Part shown: positions 35,001 through 42,120 of the stretch, one piece after another
How positions within the stretch are numbered: position 1 is the stretch's first letter
Layout of the letters: each line of letters starts with the position of its first letter
Assembly: GCA_045588425.1 (NCBI GenBank)
Contig: JAZNED010000120.1
Span: forward strand, 1-54,607
From: Acutalibacteraceae bacterium
Lineage (GTDB): Bacteria; Bacillota; Clostridia; Oscillospirales; Acutalibacteraceae
Direction of reading: 5' to 3'
DNA length: 54,607 nucleotides
Made by a program: the position numbers and the translations under genes
The notes under the pieces: generated by a model
Database searches by the model: none
Told to the model about the DNA's origin: nothing
What the model saw: only the letters and a program-made list of their open reading frames with translations

Positions 35001-35824
35001 GCAGCCTCGATGTCACGGCACAGGAGGATATACGCTACCCACATCAGGGGATTGAACCAGTACACCGCCAGCAAGAGGAAGCCCAAGGGTTTCCACCAAT
35101 GGTCACCACGGTGCAGGTGAGCCTGCTCGTGGGCAAGCACACTATCCCGCGCCGCACCGCTCAAGTCGGAGGGTAGATAGACACGGGGACGGAACACACC
35201 GAGAATAAAAGGTGTGCGGATATGGTCACAGCACCAGACGCGGTCGGTGAGGCGGGCTGCCTCACGCACCCGACGACGCAGGCGGAGGGTGGTGACGGCG
35301 GCGTAGATCACCATCGCCGCCACACCGCACAGCCACACGTAGGTGGCGATTGTCGCGGCAATCTGCCACGGGTCAACGCTAGCCTCCGGGGTGGGCGTGG
35401 ACACCGACAACTCGGGCGCAGAGGGGGTCACAGGGGTGTTTGTAATCGGCGGGTCAACGACGGGGGTGTCTGTCACAGGAGTGTCGATGACGGGGGTATC
35501 GATAACAGGAGTGTCGATGACGGGAGGGTCAACGACAGGGGTATCTGTCACAGGGGTGTCAGTAATCGGAGGAGCAACCACATCCTCCTGCGGGTCAGAA
35601 GGCTGTCCTGTCACAACGGATAAGGCCGCCTCGGTATCCGGCATCAGACTCAGCGAACTCTCCAGGGTGAACGGGCACAACAGACGCACCGCCACCAACG
35701 CCCACAGCAGACAATGGATCCAGCGGGGAGCCTTGTAAAACATCAAGCGAAGCAACAACACCGCCACCACCAACACAGCGGCAGAAAGACTCATATTCAG
35801 TACACGTAAGAAGATGGTATCCAT
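32090..35824 (-). CDS. BlaR1/MecR1-like M56 metallopeptidase signal transducer with a roughly 900-aa non-PBP extracytoplasmic region
   Basis: The M56 N-terminus (TM1-3, HEQAH zinc motif, FNPLMW) is followed by another TM segment. After that come duplicated unknown modules and DUF3221-like small beta domains. The gene starts 2 nt after the blaI stop, with RBS GAGGAGGTG. Confidence 0.8.
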   Translation of the reverse strand: MDTIFLRVLNMSLSAAVLVVAVLLLRLMFYKAPRWIHCLLWALVAVRLLCPFTLESSLSLMPDTEAALSVVTGQPSDPQEDVVAPPITDTPVTDTPVVDPPVIDTPVIDTPVIDTPVTDTPVVDPPITNTPVTPSAPELSVSTPTPEASVDPWQIAATIATYVWLCGVAAMVIYAAVTTLRLRRRVREAARLTDRVWCCDHIRTPFILGVFRPRVYLPSDLSGAARDSVLAHEQAHLHRGDHWWKPLGFLLLAVYWFNPLMWVAYILLCRDIEAACDERVVRDMTAADRKMYSEVLLTCSTPRRLVSACPLAFGETGVKSRVTSVLSYKKPTIWIIVAALLASTVAGVCLLTDPKDKPAKEPDSKTDITDQPTNPDEDANSADPTAPLGLTHVIRTGLIDTGFIEYFGSSDVQQITSRTDLLAFLNAHHEEDMHWASVDWQIRDFDQFDDTFFVDNVLLLTYHGTFSGMHTPEVAGYTYSDDGMVLTVEFVEYHPSFVSSDLAAWLMFSGIKKTDLEGVTTITSHLLKEVPTDTYVAAFTEPTEHPETATEKWREFYEDWAGMHLREMLTRLNDGGWEDSVAINRALNFVGCVWIDGNIYYITHQFDGIMSTDGKVGWLTTEESVRVSWLFDREEDPIYQLIAKAKKVDGNHVLMECVESEWLTGDVWVDFSRFSVSTVKIGEHYRIFYDYMEVTDPPRVIPVRVMLAPVNGTTTMNPTVTNPTIIPTKPTTPTNSTIDPTLSNAPHAVPYVASRTFFSYGMLVEDKLDALYQQYAYDRNSGKDLPVIPITSRTQLNAFIEKYKGGFRGGYGLPSLETLSIYGDDFFANHMLLAVYHPYHSAPAYPQIVAIDHNGTDLVTVQLDIHLPWAMNDAVSQNFVLAEVPRDQVANADFRAVIREEKLVTYYWQNYTHPVMAGSGDEFVGSTSGSGWIDGAPWQLVRYITWHKAESTSFKTIGYFSMDDGKRYYVSLDGTTLFDGERIATLNAEQTAMMTKYIRGVAPVKADTYVTGKLVEWDQQSRYMTLEVTKGDSALGKRVRVYTHLMSISNPPAVGNTIAIAYDGFCETGSAYATIYGLFLVGDGNDYIDQGYETGNIPQTETNLEFWIAENVHKFDFSGYQERYGLFGGTDYYGTGYVPTIGSDGQQIDPKHCVIYTVTSYPDYADLEKHVTAIEITDPAVYFYGISLDSSFEEFDDALTRQGFTITSAGKVKHTAKKGKCSITMTKDYIRIMVEVENRTGIIF
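35423..35572 (-). repeat. In-frame tandem pentapeptide repeat (TPV[ITV]D)n, 15-bp period, within the BlaR1-like gene
   Basis: The translation is PPITDTPVTDTPVVDPPVIDTPVIDTPVIDTPVTDTPVVDPPITNTPVTP. Confidence 0.8.
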
Positions 35825-35826
35825 AA

Positions 35827-36180
35827 TTACACCTCCTCAATCAGACGGCGAATCTGCGCCACCTCATCCTCGGTCAGCGGTCTCTGCGAAGAAAAGGCCG
35901 CCAAAAAGGCAGGCAAAGAGCCACCGAAAGACTCCTCAATGAACTGACAACTGCGGTGGCCGTAAAAAGCGTCACGGCTCACCAAAGAGGTCACCTGTCC
36001 CCCATTGTTACAAAACAGACCACGCTCGGAAAGACGCTTGAGCACCGTGTAGGTGGTGGTACGCTTCCAGCCCAGCTCCTGCTCGCACTGCTGGGTCAAC
36101 TCTTGGGTGGAGATCGGCTCGTTAGCCCAGATAATATCCGCAAAGCGGGATTCCACCACGCCCAAATGCATATCGCTCAT
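35827..36180 (-). CDS. BlaI/MecI/CopY family transcriptional repressor
   Basis: It has a winged helix (..TTTYTVLKRLSERG..). It is about 117 aa long and lies directly upstream of the M56 gene. Confidence 0.85.
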   Translation of the reverse strand: MSDMHLGVVESRFADIIWANEPISTQELTQQCEQELGWKRTTTYTVLKRLSERGLFCNNGGQVTSLVSRDAFYGHRSCQFIEESFGGSLPAFLAAFSSQRPLTEDEVAQIRRLIEEV

Positions 36181-36199
36181 CTTAACACCTCATTTCTTT

Positions 36200-36251
36200 G
36201 TCTACATCTTGTCGACAATTACAGTCTACACAATGTAGACGGATTTGTCAA
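36200..36251 (-). promoter_or_regulatory. blaI promoter with TACA/TGTA operator palindrome
   Basis: GTCTACA-caa-TGTAGAC (36224-36240) overlaps a minus-strand TTGACA-17 nt-TAGACT promoter. An extra GTCTACA half-site lies at 36200-36206. Confidence 0.65.
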
Positions 36252-36279
36252 GAGGGTAGCGAAAAGTTTTTCGACATAT

Positions 36280-36320
36280 AAAAAGGTCGAGCAACAAAAC
36301 ATGGTTGCTCGACCTTTTTT
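36280..36320. terminator. Terminator after the 526-aa gene
   Basis: The sequence is aaaaggtcgagcaac-aaaacatg-gttgctcgacctttttt. Confidence 0.75.
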
Positions 36321-36322
36321 GA

Positions 36323-37903
36323 TTATGATTTAGGAGTAACGGTGATGGCGGTGATACGAGGAGGCAACGAAGGCATCACGACGTCCTCGTAGGTGACGAT
36401 GTAGGTCTCACCTACCATAGGATCCAGCTCGGCATCGCCCAGCTCCACCCACACGGTGGTAAACTGGCTGTTACCCTCACATTCCAGCAGCATCGCTCTG
36501 CCGTCAACCTCTTTGACCGTACCGATCAGGGTGAAATCGGAGGCGGCAGCATCCACTGTGACGGTTTTTTCCACATAGGCCTCGATGCCGTTGGTGAAGC
36601 GCTTGTGATCCTCCTTAGCAATACCGGAGAACAGAAGCCACTGACCCAACGCCGCGTCGCCACCGGCGTTTTCCACCTGCAGGCGCACCGACAACCAAGC
36701 GCCATCCTCAGCAAAGACATAAGAGGATACCTTGGGCACGCTGGAAATGGAGCCATCCTTGTAGTAGGTCATCATCAGGTAATTGTCCTTAAAGAACGCT
36801 TCGTCATATTGGGCGAAGTCTTCCACCTTCAAGTTAGACCACTGAGGATCGTCCTTGTAAGCGGCCAGTAACGCATCCAGGTCATTGCGATACTTGATGG
36901 TCAGGACCGGGAGATAATGCAGGTCAGCGGAATCATAGGGGAAATTGCTGACCATATATTCGCCGAACAGCTGGCGCAATTCTTGCTCATTCATCCAACC
37001 CGCACTCGAGACGGTGACGGTGGGACCGACGGGAGCCGTTTCTTCCTTAGTATCCGGGATAGGATTGGATCCGTCCTCAAAGGTGAAACGCACACCATCG
37101 ACAAAGTAAGACACGTCGCCGGCCTGTTTCCACTCTTCGGGCAGGTCGGACGACCCTGCCTCGGTATAGACGTATGCGTCGCCATCGATGGCAAAGGCTA
37201 CCTTGTTGGCACCAAAGGTGAACACCACCTTGGTCTCCCCCTCACGGGCATAAGCACCATCGGTATTGTAACCGCCGGAAAACGCCACGTAAGCACAGGT
37301 GTTGTTGGGGCAATAGGCCAAACGCACATTGTGCTCTTCGGACTGCAGTACCACGTATTTATCGGCATCCGCGATATTGGCCGCGGCCTGCGCTCGGCAA
37401 ATGGCGTTGTGAGCAGAAAAATACTGCTGTGCATCCACGGCATCGTCTCGCACCTGCTTGGGGAACTTTTCCTCAATAGAGGAAACGTACTCTTGACCGT
37501 TTTTGGGCCACCAACACTCCACCAATTCGTAACCGTCGTCGGTTTGCTTGGCGGTAATGGCAAACGGCATATTTGCCGAACCCCAGTCCCGCAACTCCCC
37601 ATGGGTGGTGCAGGTGTACTCGCAATACATCATCACACCATAAATGGTAGTGGTACTTCCCTTTTTCTCCACGCCGAGGGGGGTATAGGTAACAGCGGGA
37701 TATTTGCCCGTGGTATGGTCGGTATGCAGTTCTTCACGCAGGGTGGACAGGAGCCATGTATCCAATTCAGAGGACACCTCTGTGGTGATCTTAGATGGCC
37801 ACAGCCACACCGCAAGTACCACGACTGCCGCCAGCACCACCGCCAATATCACCCACAGCCACGGCTTTTTCTTTTTTTGCATTTCCGAAAAAGAGTTCTT
37901 CAT
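36323..37903 (-). CDS. Membrane-anchored extracytoplasmic protein sharing modules with the BlaR1-like sensor region
   Basis: It has an N-terminal TM helix (WLWVILAVVLAAVVVLAVWLW). Its C-terminal modules align with the BlaR1-like protein (YDEAFFKDNYLMMTYY..WLLFSGI vs FDDTFFVDNVLLLTYH..WLMFSGI). The DUF3221-like tails also align. The RBS is GAGGTG. Confidence 0.7.
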   Translation of the reverse strand: MKNSFSEMQKKKKPWLWVILAVVLAAVVVLAVWLWPSKITTEVSSELDTWLLSTLREELHTDHTTGKYPAVTYTPLGVEKKGSTTTIYGVMMYCEYTCTTHGELRDWGSANMPFAITAKQTDDGYELVECWWPKNGQEYVSSIEEKFPKQVRDDAVDAQQYFSAHNAICRAQAAANIADADKYVVLQSEEHNVRLAYCPNNTCAYVAFSGGYNTDGAYAREGETKVVFTFGANKVAFAIDGDAYVYTEAGSSDLPEEWKQAGDVSYFVDGVRFTFEDGSNPIPDTKEETAPVGPTVTVSSAGWMNEQELRQLFGEYMVSNFPYDSADLHYLPVLTIKYRNDLDALLAAYKDDPQWSNLKVEDFAQYDEAFFKDNYLMMTYYKDGSISSVPKVSSYVFAEDGAWLSVRLQVENAGGDAALGQWLLFSGIAKEDHKRFTNGIEAYVEKTVTVDAAASDFTLIGTVKEVDGRAMLLECEGNSQFTTVWVELGDAELDPMVGETYIVTYEDVVMPSLPPRITAITVTPKS

Positions 37904-37925
37904 AACTTACACCTCATTAGGTCTT

Positions 37926-37959
37926 TTGAAAAAGGACGCCTCTGTCCTTGGACAGAGGC
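37926..37959 (-). terminator. Terminator of the PRT-fold gene
   Basis: The minus strand reads gcctctgtcc-aag-gacagaggc followed by gtccttttt. Confidence 0.65.
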
Positions 37960-37971
37960 AATCTTTCACAA

Positions 37972-38613
37972 TTACAGTTTGGAGTAGCCGAAGCCGTTGA
38001 CCAAAGCGTCCAGCTTAATGCCCGCCTTGCACTGAGGGCACTCGTGGGCCAGGTGGCTGGCGTAGTCCGGCAGGTTGTTGGGGTTGAAGCAGGAGCGCAC
38101 GGCGTAGTCCCCCACCTTTTCGGTGGTGGCAAAGATGGAGGAAATACCCACCACGTGACCGCCATAATAATCTACCGCCTGAATAGCGCCCAAAGCGGTG
38201 TAACCGGTGGTGACCGAAGCGGCCAAAATCAGCACGTGCTTGCCCTGCACCATCGGCACCATATTGTCCCGTAACACCAGCTGACTGCCAACGGTATGCT
38301 CGGGGGTTAGAATATAGATGGTCTGGTGAGCGTTCAGGTTCATATAGCCGCTATTGGTGAGCTCGTCTGCCAAGCAAGCGCCGATGACCTCGGTACCGTC
38401 CAGGCACAGGATGGTATCCACAATCGTGGAGCTGTTGTAATAGGGCAACAGCTCCTGAGCCACCGCCTTGGCCTCCGACAGACGCATCTTCTGTGTCGTC
38501 ACGTCAATATAATAATTGGTATGGCTATGGCTGGTGGCAAAGTGACCACGGGTCACACGCAAAAACAGATTTTTACGTTTAGAAGGGATCTTAAAGGTTT
38601 CTTTAGTCGGCAT
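37972..38613 (-). CDS. Phosphoribosyltransferase-fold protein
   Basis: It has a PRPP-binding-loop-like motif (KHVLILAASVTTGYT). The ATG at 38613 follows AGGAGGT. Confidence 0.6.
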   Translation of the reverse strand: MPTKETFKIPSKRKNLFLRVTRGHFATSHSHTNYYIDVTTQKMRLSEAKAVAQELLPYYNSSTIVDTILCLDGTEVIGACLADELTNSGYMNLNAHQTIYILTPEHTVGSQLVLRDNMVPMVQGKHVLILAASVTTGYTALGAIQAVDYYGGHVVGISSIFATTEKVGDYAVRSCFNPNNLPDYASHLAHECPQCKAGIKLDALVNGFGYSKL

Positions 38614-38735
38614 AGGGATACCTCCTATCATTAATGTGTGAATCATTATACCGCATTTCGCGCAAACATACAAGGGGTAAACGGAAATTGGTGGGATTTT
38701 TATGCAAAATGCTTGAATTTTTTTCGACAGAACGG

Positions 38736-38764
38736 TTGACAAACTCACTTTAAAGTGTTAAACT
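38736..38764 (+). promoter_or_regulatory. Promoter of the glycine riboswitch-agcS unit; carries the CACTTTAAAGTG palindrome
   Basis: The sequence is TTGACA-aactca-CTTTAAAGTG-t-TAAACT (17-nt spacer). Confidence 0.65.
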
Positions 38765-38790
38765 ATTGAAAACTAAATCGCTAGGCGAAG

Positions 38791-38943
38791 TCTACGGGAA
38801 ACGGAGGAACCCCCTCCACCGAAGGAGTAACACTCTCAGGTCCCAGACCGTAGACCGATAGCATTCTGGAGAAGTCCGTGCCCGCCACGGATGCCGAAGG
38901 TGCAAAGGGATATCCCCTAATCTCTCAGGCAAAAGGACAGAAT
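38791..38943 (+). promoter_or_regulatory. Glycine riboswitch, tandem aptamers
   Basis: Aptamer 1 has P1 tctacgg/ccgtaga, ..CACCGAAGGAGTAA.. and ..CTCTCAGG... Aptamer 2 has CTGGAGAAG..GCCGAAGGTGCAA..CTCTCAGGCAAAAGGACAG. Confidence 0.85.
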
Positions 38944-38997
38944 CACCACCACCGTAGCCGCCCTCGTTGGGGTAGGTGTTTATCGGTGCTTTGATTG

Positions 38998-39033
38998 TGT
39001 GCGAAAGCCTGTTGGGCTTTCGCATTTTCTTTT
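38998..39033 (+). terminator. Riboswitch expression-platform terminator
   Basis: The sequence is gtgcgaaagcc-tgtt-gggctttcgcat followed by tttctttt. Confidence 0.7.
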
Positions 39034-39063
39034 ATACCGACGCATAGCATGTAAGAAGAAAGG

Positions 39064-40602
39064 ATGTATGAGCGTATGTTTCTGGAAAAAGTAACTGAAG
39101 TCAACAATAGCATCAACACCTTTGTATGGGTGACACTGGGATTAGCCTTGCTCATCGGCACAGGCATCCTGATGACGATGCTGACTAAGTTCTTTCAGGT
39201 GTTTCACTTTGGACACTGGATGAAAGAAACCATCGGTAAAGTGTTTACCAAAAAGGTGTCCGGTCACACCAAGGACAGATCCTCCATCTCACAATTCCAA
39301 GCGCTATGTACTGCCCTTGCCGCCACCGTGGGCGTAGGTAACATCGCCGGCGTGGCCGCCGCTATCGTGGCGGGTGGTCCCGGTGCCATCTTCTGGATGT
39401 GGGTGGCGGCATTCTTCGGTATGATGACCAACTTCTCCGAAAACGTGCTGGGCATCTTCTACCGCCGCAAGGTCAATGGCGAGTGGGCAGGCGGTGCCAT
39501 GTACTATCTGCGGGATGGTCTGGGCAAGAAGAAGGGGTGCAAATGGATTGGTCGCATCCTGGCGGTGCTGTTTGCCTGCTTTGCGGTGCTGGCTTCCTTT
39601 GGTATCGGTAATATGGGTCAGGTCAACAAGATCGTGTCCAATATCGAAAGTGCCTTTGCCATCCCTGCCCTATCCGAGAAAGTGCTGTACGATGGCGTTT
39701 CCCTCTATGCGGTCATCATCGGCGGGGTGCTGCTGGTGCTGGCGGCACTGATCATCCTGGGCGGTATGCAGCGCATCGCCAGGGTAGCGGAAAAGATTGT
39801 CCCCTCCATGATCGTGCTGTTTATTGTCGGTTCGCTGATTATCATCTGTATCAACGGCAACCGCGTAGGTGCGGCTTTCGCCTCCATCTTTGACGGTGCC
39901 TTCAGCGGCAAGGCGGTATGGGGCGGTGTCGTGGGCGTTTCCCTGCGGCAGATCATCACCTGGGGCTTCAAGCGAGGCGTTTTCTCCAATGAGGCAGGTC
40001 TCGGCTCTTCTGTGATGGTACACTCCTGCTCCAACGTCAAGGAGCCGGTGCGTCAGGGCATGTGGGGTGTGTTTGAGGTATTCACCGACACCATGGTCAT
40101 CTGCACCATGACCGCGCTGGTGATCCTCACCGGCGGCATGGTGGATCTGAACACCGGTGCGCTGGCCAACGGTCTGACCGATGCCACCCTGGTATCCGCC
40201 ACCTTCGGCAACGTCTTTGGCAAGGCCGGTGAGATGTTTATCGCCGTCGCCATTCTGCTGTTCGCCTTTACCACCGTGTTGGGTTGGTCCCAGTACGGCT
40301 CCAAGGCGGTGGAATATCTGGGTGGCAAGAAAGCCAAGCAGATCTATCAGGTGTTCTTTGTGCTGCTGATTATGTCCGGTGCGCTGATGACCTCTTCTCT
40401 GGCGTGGGATATTTCCGACACCTTCAACGGTCTGATGATGATCCCCAACCTCATTGGCGTGATCCTGCTCAGCGGTCAGGTGATGAAGATCACCCAAAAC
40501 TACGTCGACCGTAGGATTAAGAAGAAAAACGTAGCCCCTCTCCTCTCCTACGACGCCCGTATTCAAAAGCAAATGGAAGATGAGCTGGCGGCAGAGGAAT
40601 AA
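39064..40602 (+). CDS. Alanine/glycine:cation symporter (AGCS family)
   Basis: AGCS motifs are present (..SQFQALCTALAATVGVGNIAGVA.AI..GGPGAIFWMW..) and about 11 TM segments. The ATG at 39076 is an alternative start with better RBS spacing. Confidence 0.9.
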   Translation: MYERMFLEKVTEVNNSINTFVWVTLGLALLIGTGILMTMLTKFFQVFHFGHWMKETIGKVFTKKVSGHTKDRSSISQFQALCTALAATVGVGNIAGVAAAIVAGGPGAIFWMWVAAFFGMMTNFSENVLGIFYRRKVNGEWAGGAMYYLRDGLGKKKGCKWIGRILAVLFACFAVLASFGIGNMGQVNKIVSNIESAFAIPALSEKVLYDGVSLYAVIIGGVLLVLAALIILGGMQRIARVAEKIVPSMIVLFIVGSLIIICINGNRVGAAFASIFDGAFSGKAVWGGVVGVSLRQIITWGFKRGVFSNEAGLGSSVMVHSCSNVKEPVRQGMWGVFEVFTDTMVICTMTALVILTGGMVDLNTGALANGLTDATLVSATFGNVFGKAGEMFIAVAILLFAFTTVLGWSQYGSKAVEYLGGKKAKQIYQVFFVLLIMSGALMTSSLAWDISDTFNGLMMIPNLIGVILLSGQVMKITQNYVDRRIKKKNVAPLLSYDARIQKQMEDELAAEE

Positions 40603-40639
40603 GCCGCACAACAACGACCTACTTCGAGTCCTCTACATA

Positions 40640-40675
40640 GGCACCCCCGTCCACCGTCTTGGGTGGCGGGGGTGC
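40640..40675 (+). terminator. agcS terminator-like GC-rich hairpin
   Basis: The hairpin is ggcacccccgtccacc-gtcttg-ggtggcgggggtgcc. The T tract is weak. Confidence 0.5.
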
Positions 40676-40752
40676 CGCCTCGTTTATGGAAATAAAAAGA
40701 AGGCTTGCCAAAGTGTACCTTCCATAAAGCAGGTTTTACCTGCCGCAAAATC

Positions 40753-40786
40753 AAAAGGAGTACGAACAAAGTGTTCGTACTCCTTT
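40753..40786. terminator. Bidirectional hairpin downstream of the XRE-TPR gene
   Basis: The sequence is aaaaggagtacgaac-aaagt-gttcgtactcctttt. Confidence 0.65.
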
Positions 40787-40891
40787 TCGCACTCTTGCTC
40801 TGCAAGGTATAGTATGTTACACCTTTTAGATGTACTGTCGGGCGGTAATAAGCCTCCATTTTTGTAGGCAAAAAGCGACATCCTGCAAGAT

Positions 40892-41944
40892 TTACAATTT
40901 AAGAAGAGATTGAAAATCCTCTCGGTCACGAAGATCGTCGAACTCTTTCCAAGTTAGATATTCTCTAAAATCTTCGACCAATGTAGTTGTTCCGCTTACT
41001 GACATATCGTTACCATCAAACTCCAACTTGTTCAGCACGGGACTGGTGTAAGTAATAGCTTTTTTCTTTGCATTCTCCAATACACCAACATAAGCTATCG
41101 CATATTCATAAGATTCTTTCAATGCAGAGATTGCTTCGTCAAATTTCTTTTCTCGTGTCAAACACATTGCTTGCCATATTTTATTGTGCATTAAGGTGCC
41201 ATTGTGAAAAAGGTAGTTTCCGTCGGAAATAATCGTTTTGACAATGCTTTCTGCGGCTTTTATGGATGGAAGATCGTGCTTTCCCCATTCCAGCCATCTC
41301 ACCAATTTATTCATACACTCGCATATCAAATTTTGCCTGCATTTTTCTTTTTCATCACCAACCAAGCACCACATAAGCAATTCATCCGATTTCGGATGTT
41401 GCTTGGCATAGGGTATTGCGTCCTCCCTTCTTCCAATGTCGGGTAATGTCATAACGATTCCGTAGATGGCATCGTTCTTGACATCTGTATCCGAGCAATC
41501 TTCGATAATCATTTCATAATATTTTACAGCATTTTGATAATGCTCTTTTTGTTCATCCGAGTGACGCTCACAATGATGGATTGCATACGATGCCTCTGCA
41601 TCCGCAAGCCACATTAGATAATCAAAATTTCCGGGATATTCCGAAACCGCGATTTTAGCTATTTCATATCGTTTTTCTGTGTCTCCCGTGTTCCACGTTT
41701 CTTGCCATAGTTTCAACAATTCCTCTTGGCGCTCATCAACAGCAGTAACAAGTCCAAAAAGCTCATCGGTCGTGACATCTAACAGTCGTGCCAACGGTAC
41801 TATCATAGATAGGTCAGGAGATGCCACGCCCGTTTCCCATTTAGAAGCCGCCTGAAATGATACGTTGAGATATTGCGCAAGTTTTTCTTGTGTCATATCT
41901 TTTTTCTTTCTAAGTTCTTTTATTCTCATACCAATATGCATCAT
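40892..41944 (-). CDS. XRE-family HTH regulator with a long helical (TPR-like) C-terminal domain
   Basis: The N-terminus is MHIGMRIKELRKKKDMTQEKLAQYLNVSFQAASKWETGVASPDL. The gene is AT-rich. The ATG at 41944 follows AAGGAGA. Confidence 0.75.
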   Translation of the reverse strand: MMHIGMRIKELRKKKDMTQEKLAQYLNVSFQAASKWETGVASPDLSMIVPLARLLDVTTDELFGLVTAVDERQEELLKLWQETWNTGDTEKRYEIAKIAVSEYPGNFDYLMWLADAEASYAIHHCERHSDEQKEHYQNAVKYYEMIIEDCSDTDVKNDAIYGIVMTLPDIGRREDAIPYAKQHPKSDELLMWCLVGDEKEKCRQNLICECMNKLVRWLEWGKHDLPSIKAAESIVKTIISDGNYLFHNGTLMHNKIWQAMCLTREKKFDEAISALKESYEYAIAYVGVLENAKKKAITYTSPVLNKLEFDGNDMSVSGTTTLVEDFREYLTWKEFDDLRDREDFQSLLKL

Positions 41945-42120
41945 AGTTGATCTCCTTACAAAAAGATAAGCGAGCTCTGCTTTCACTAATATTATATCAT
42001 AAAATCAAAGTCATTCCATAACTTGTTTTTTGATGATAATTCAACTAACATTCGAGTTTTTAATATAATAATTGGCGCACCTGCTCTATCGCAAGTGCGC
42101 CAACGGCAAGCCTTTCTTTT

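Noticed and set aside
38723-38729. Spo0A boxes. TGTCGAA is found on the minus strand at 38723-38729 and 36270-36276, and a near-match lies at 51388-51394.
   Set aside because: A 7-mer is expected several times by chance in 2 x 54.6 kb. The positions are not consistent relative to the promoters.
40764-40777. A second LexA box, CGAACAAAGTGTTCG.
   Set aside because: The GAAC/GTTC half-sites are 5 nt apart instead of 4. The sequence is simply the apex of the terminator hairpin aaaaggagtacgaac-aaagt-gttcgtactcctttt.
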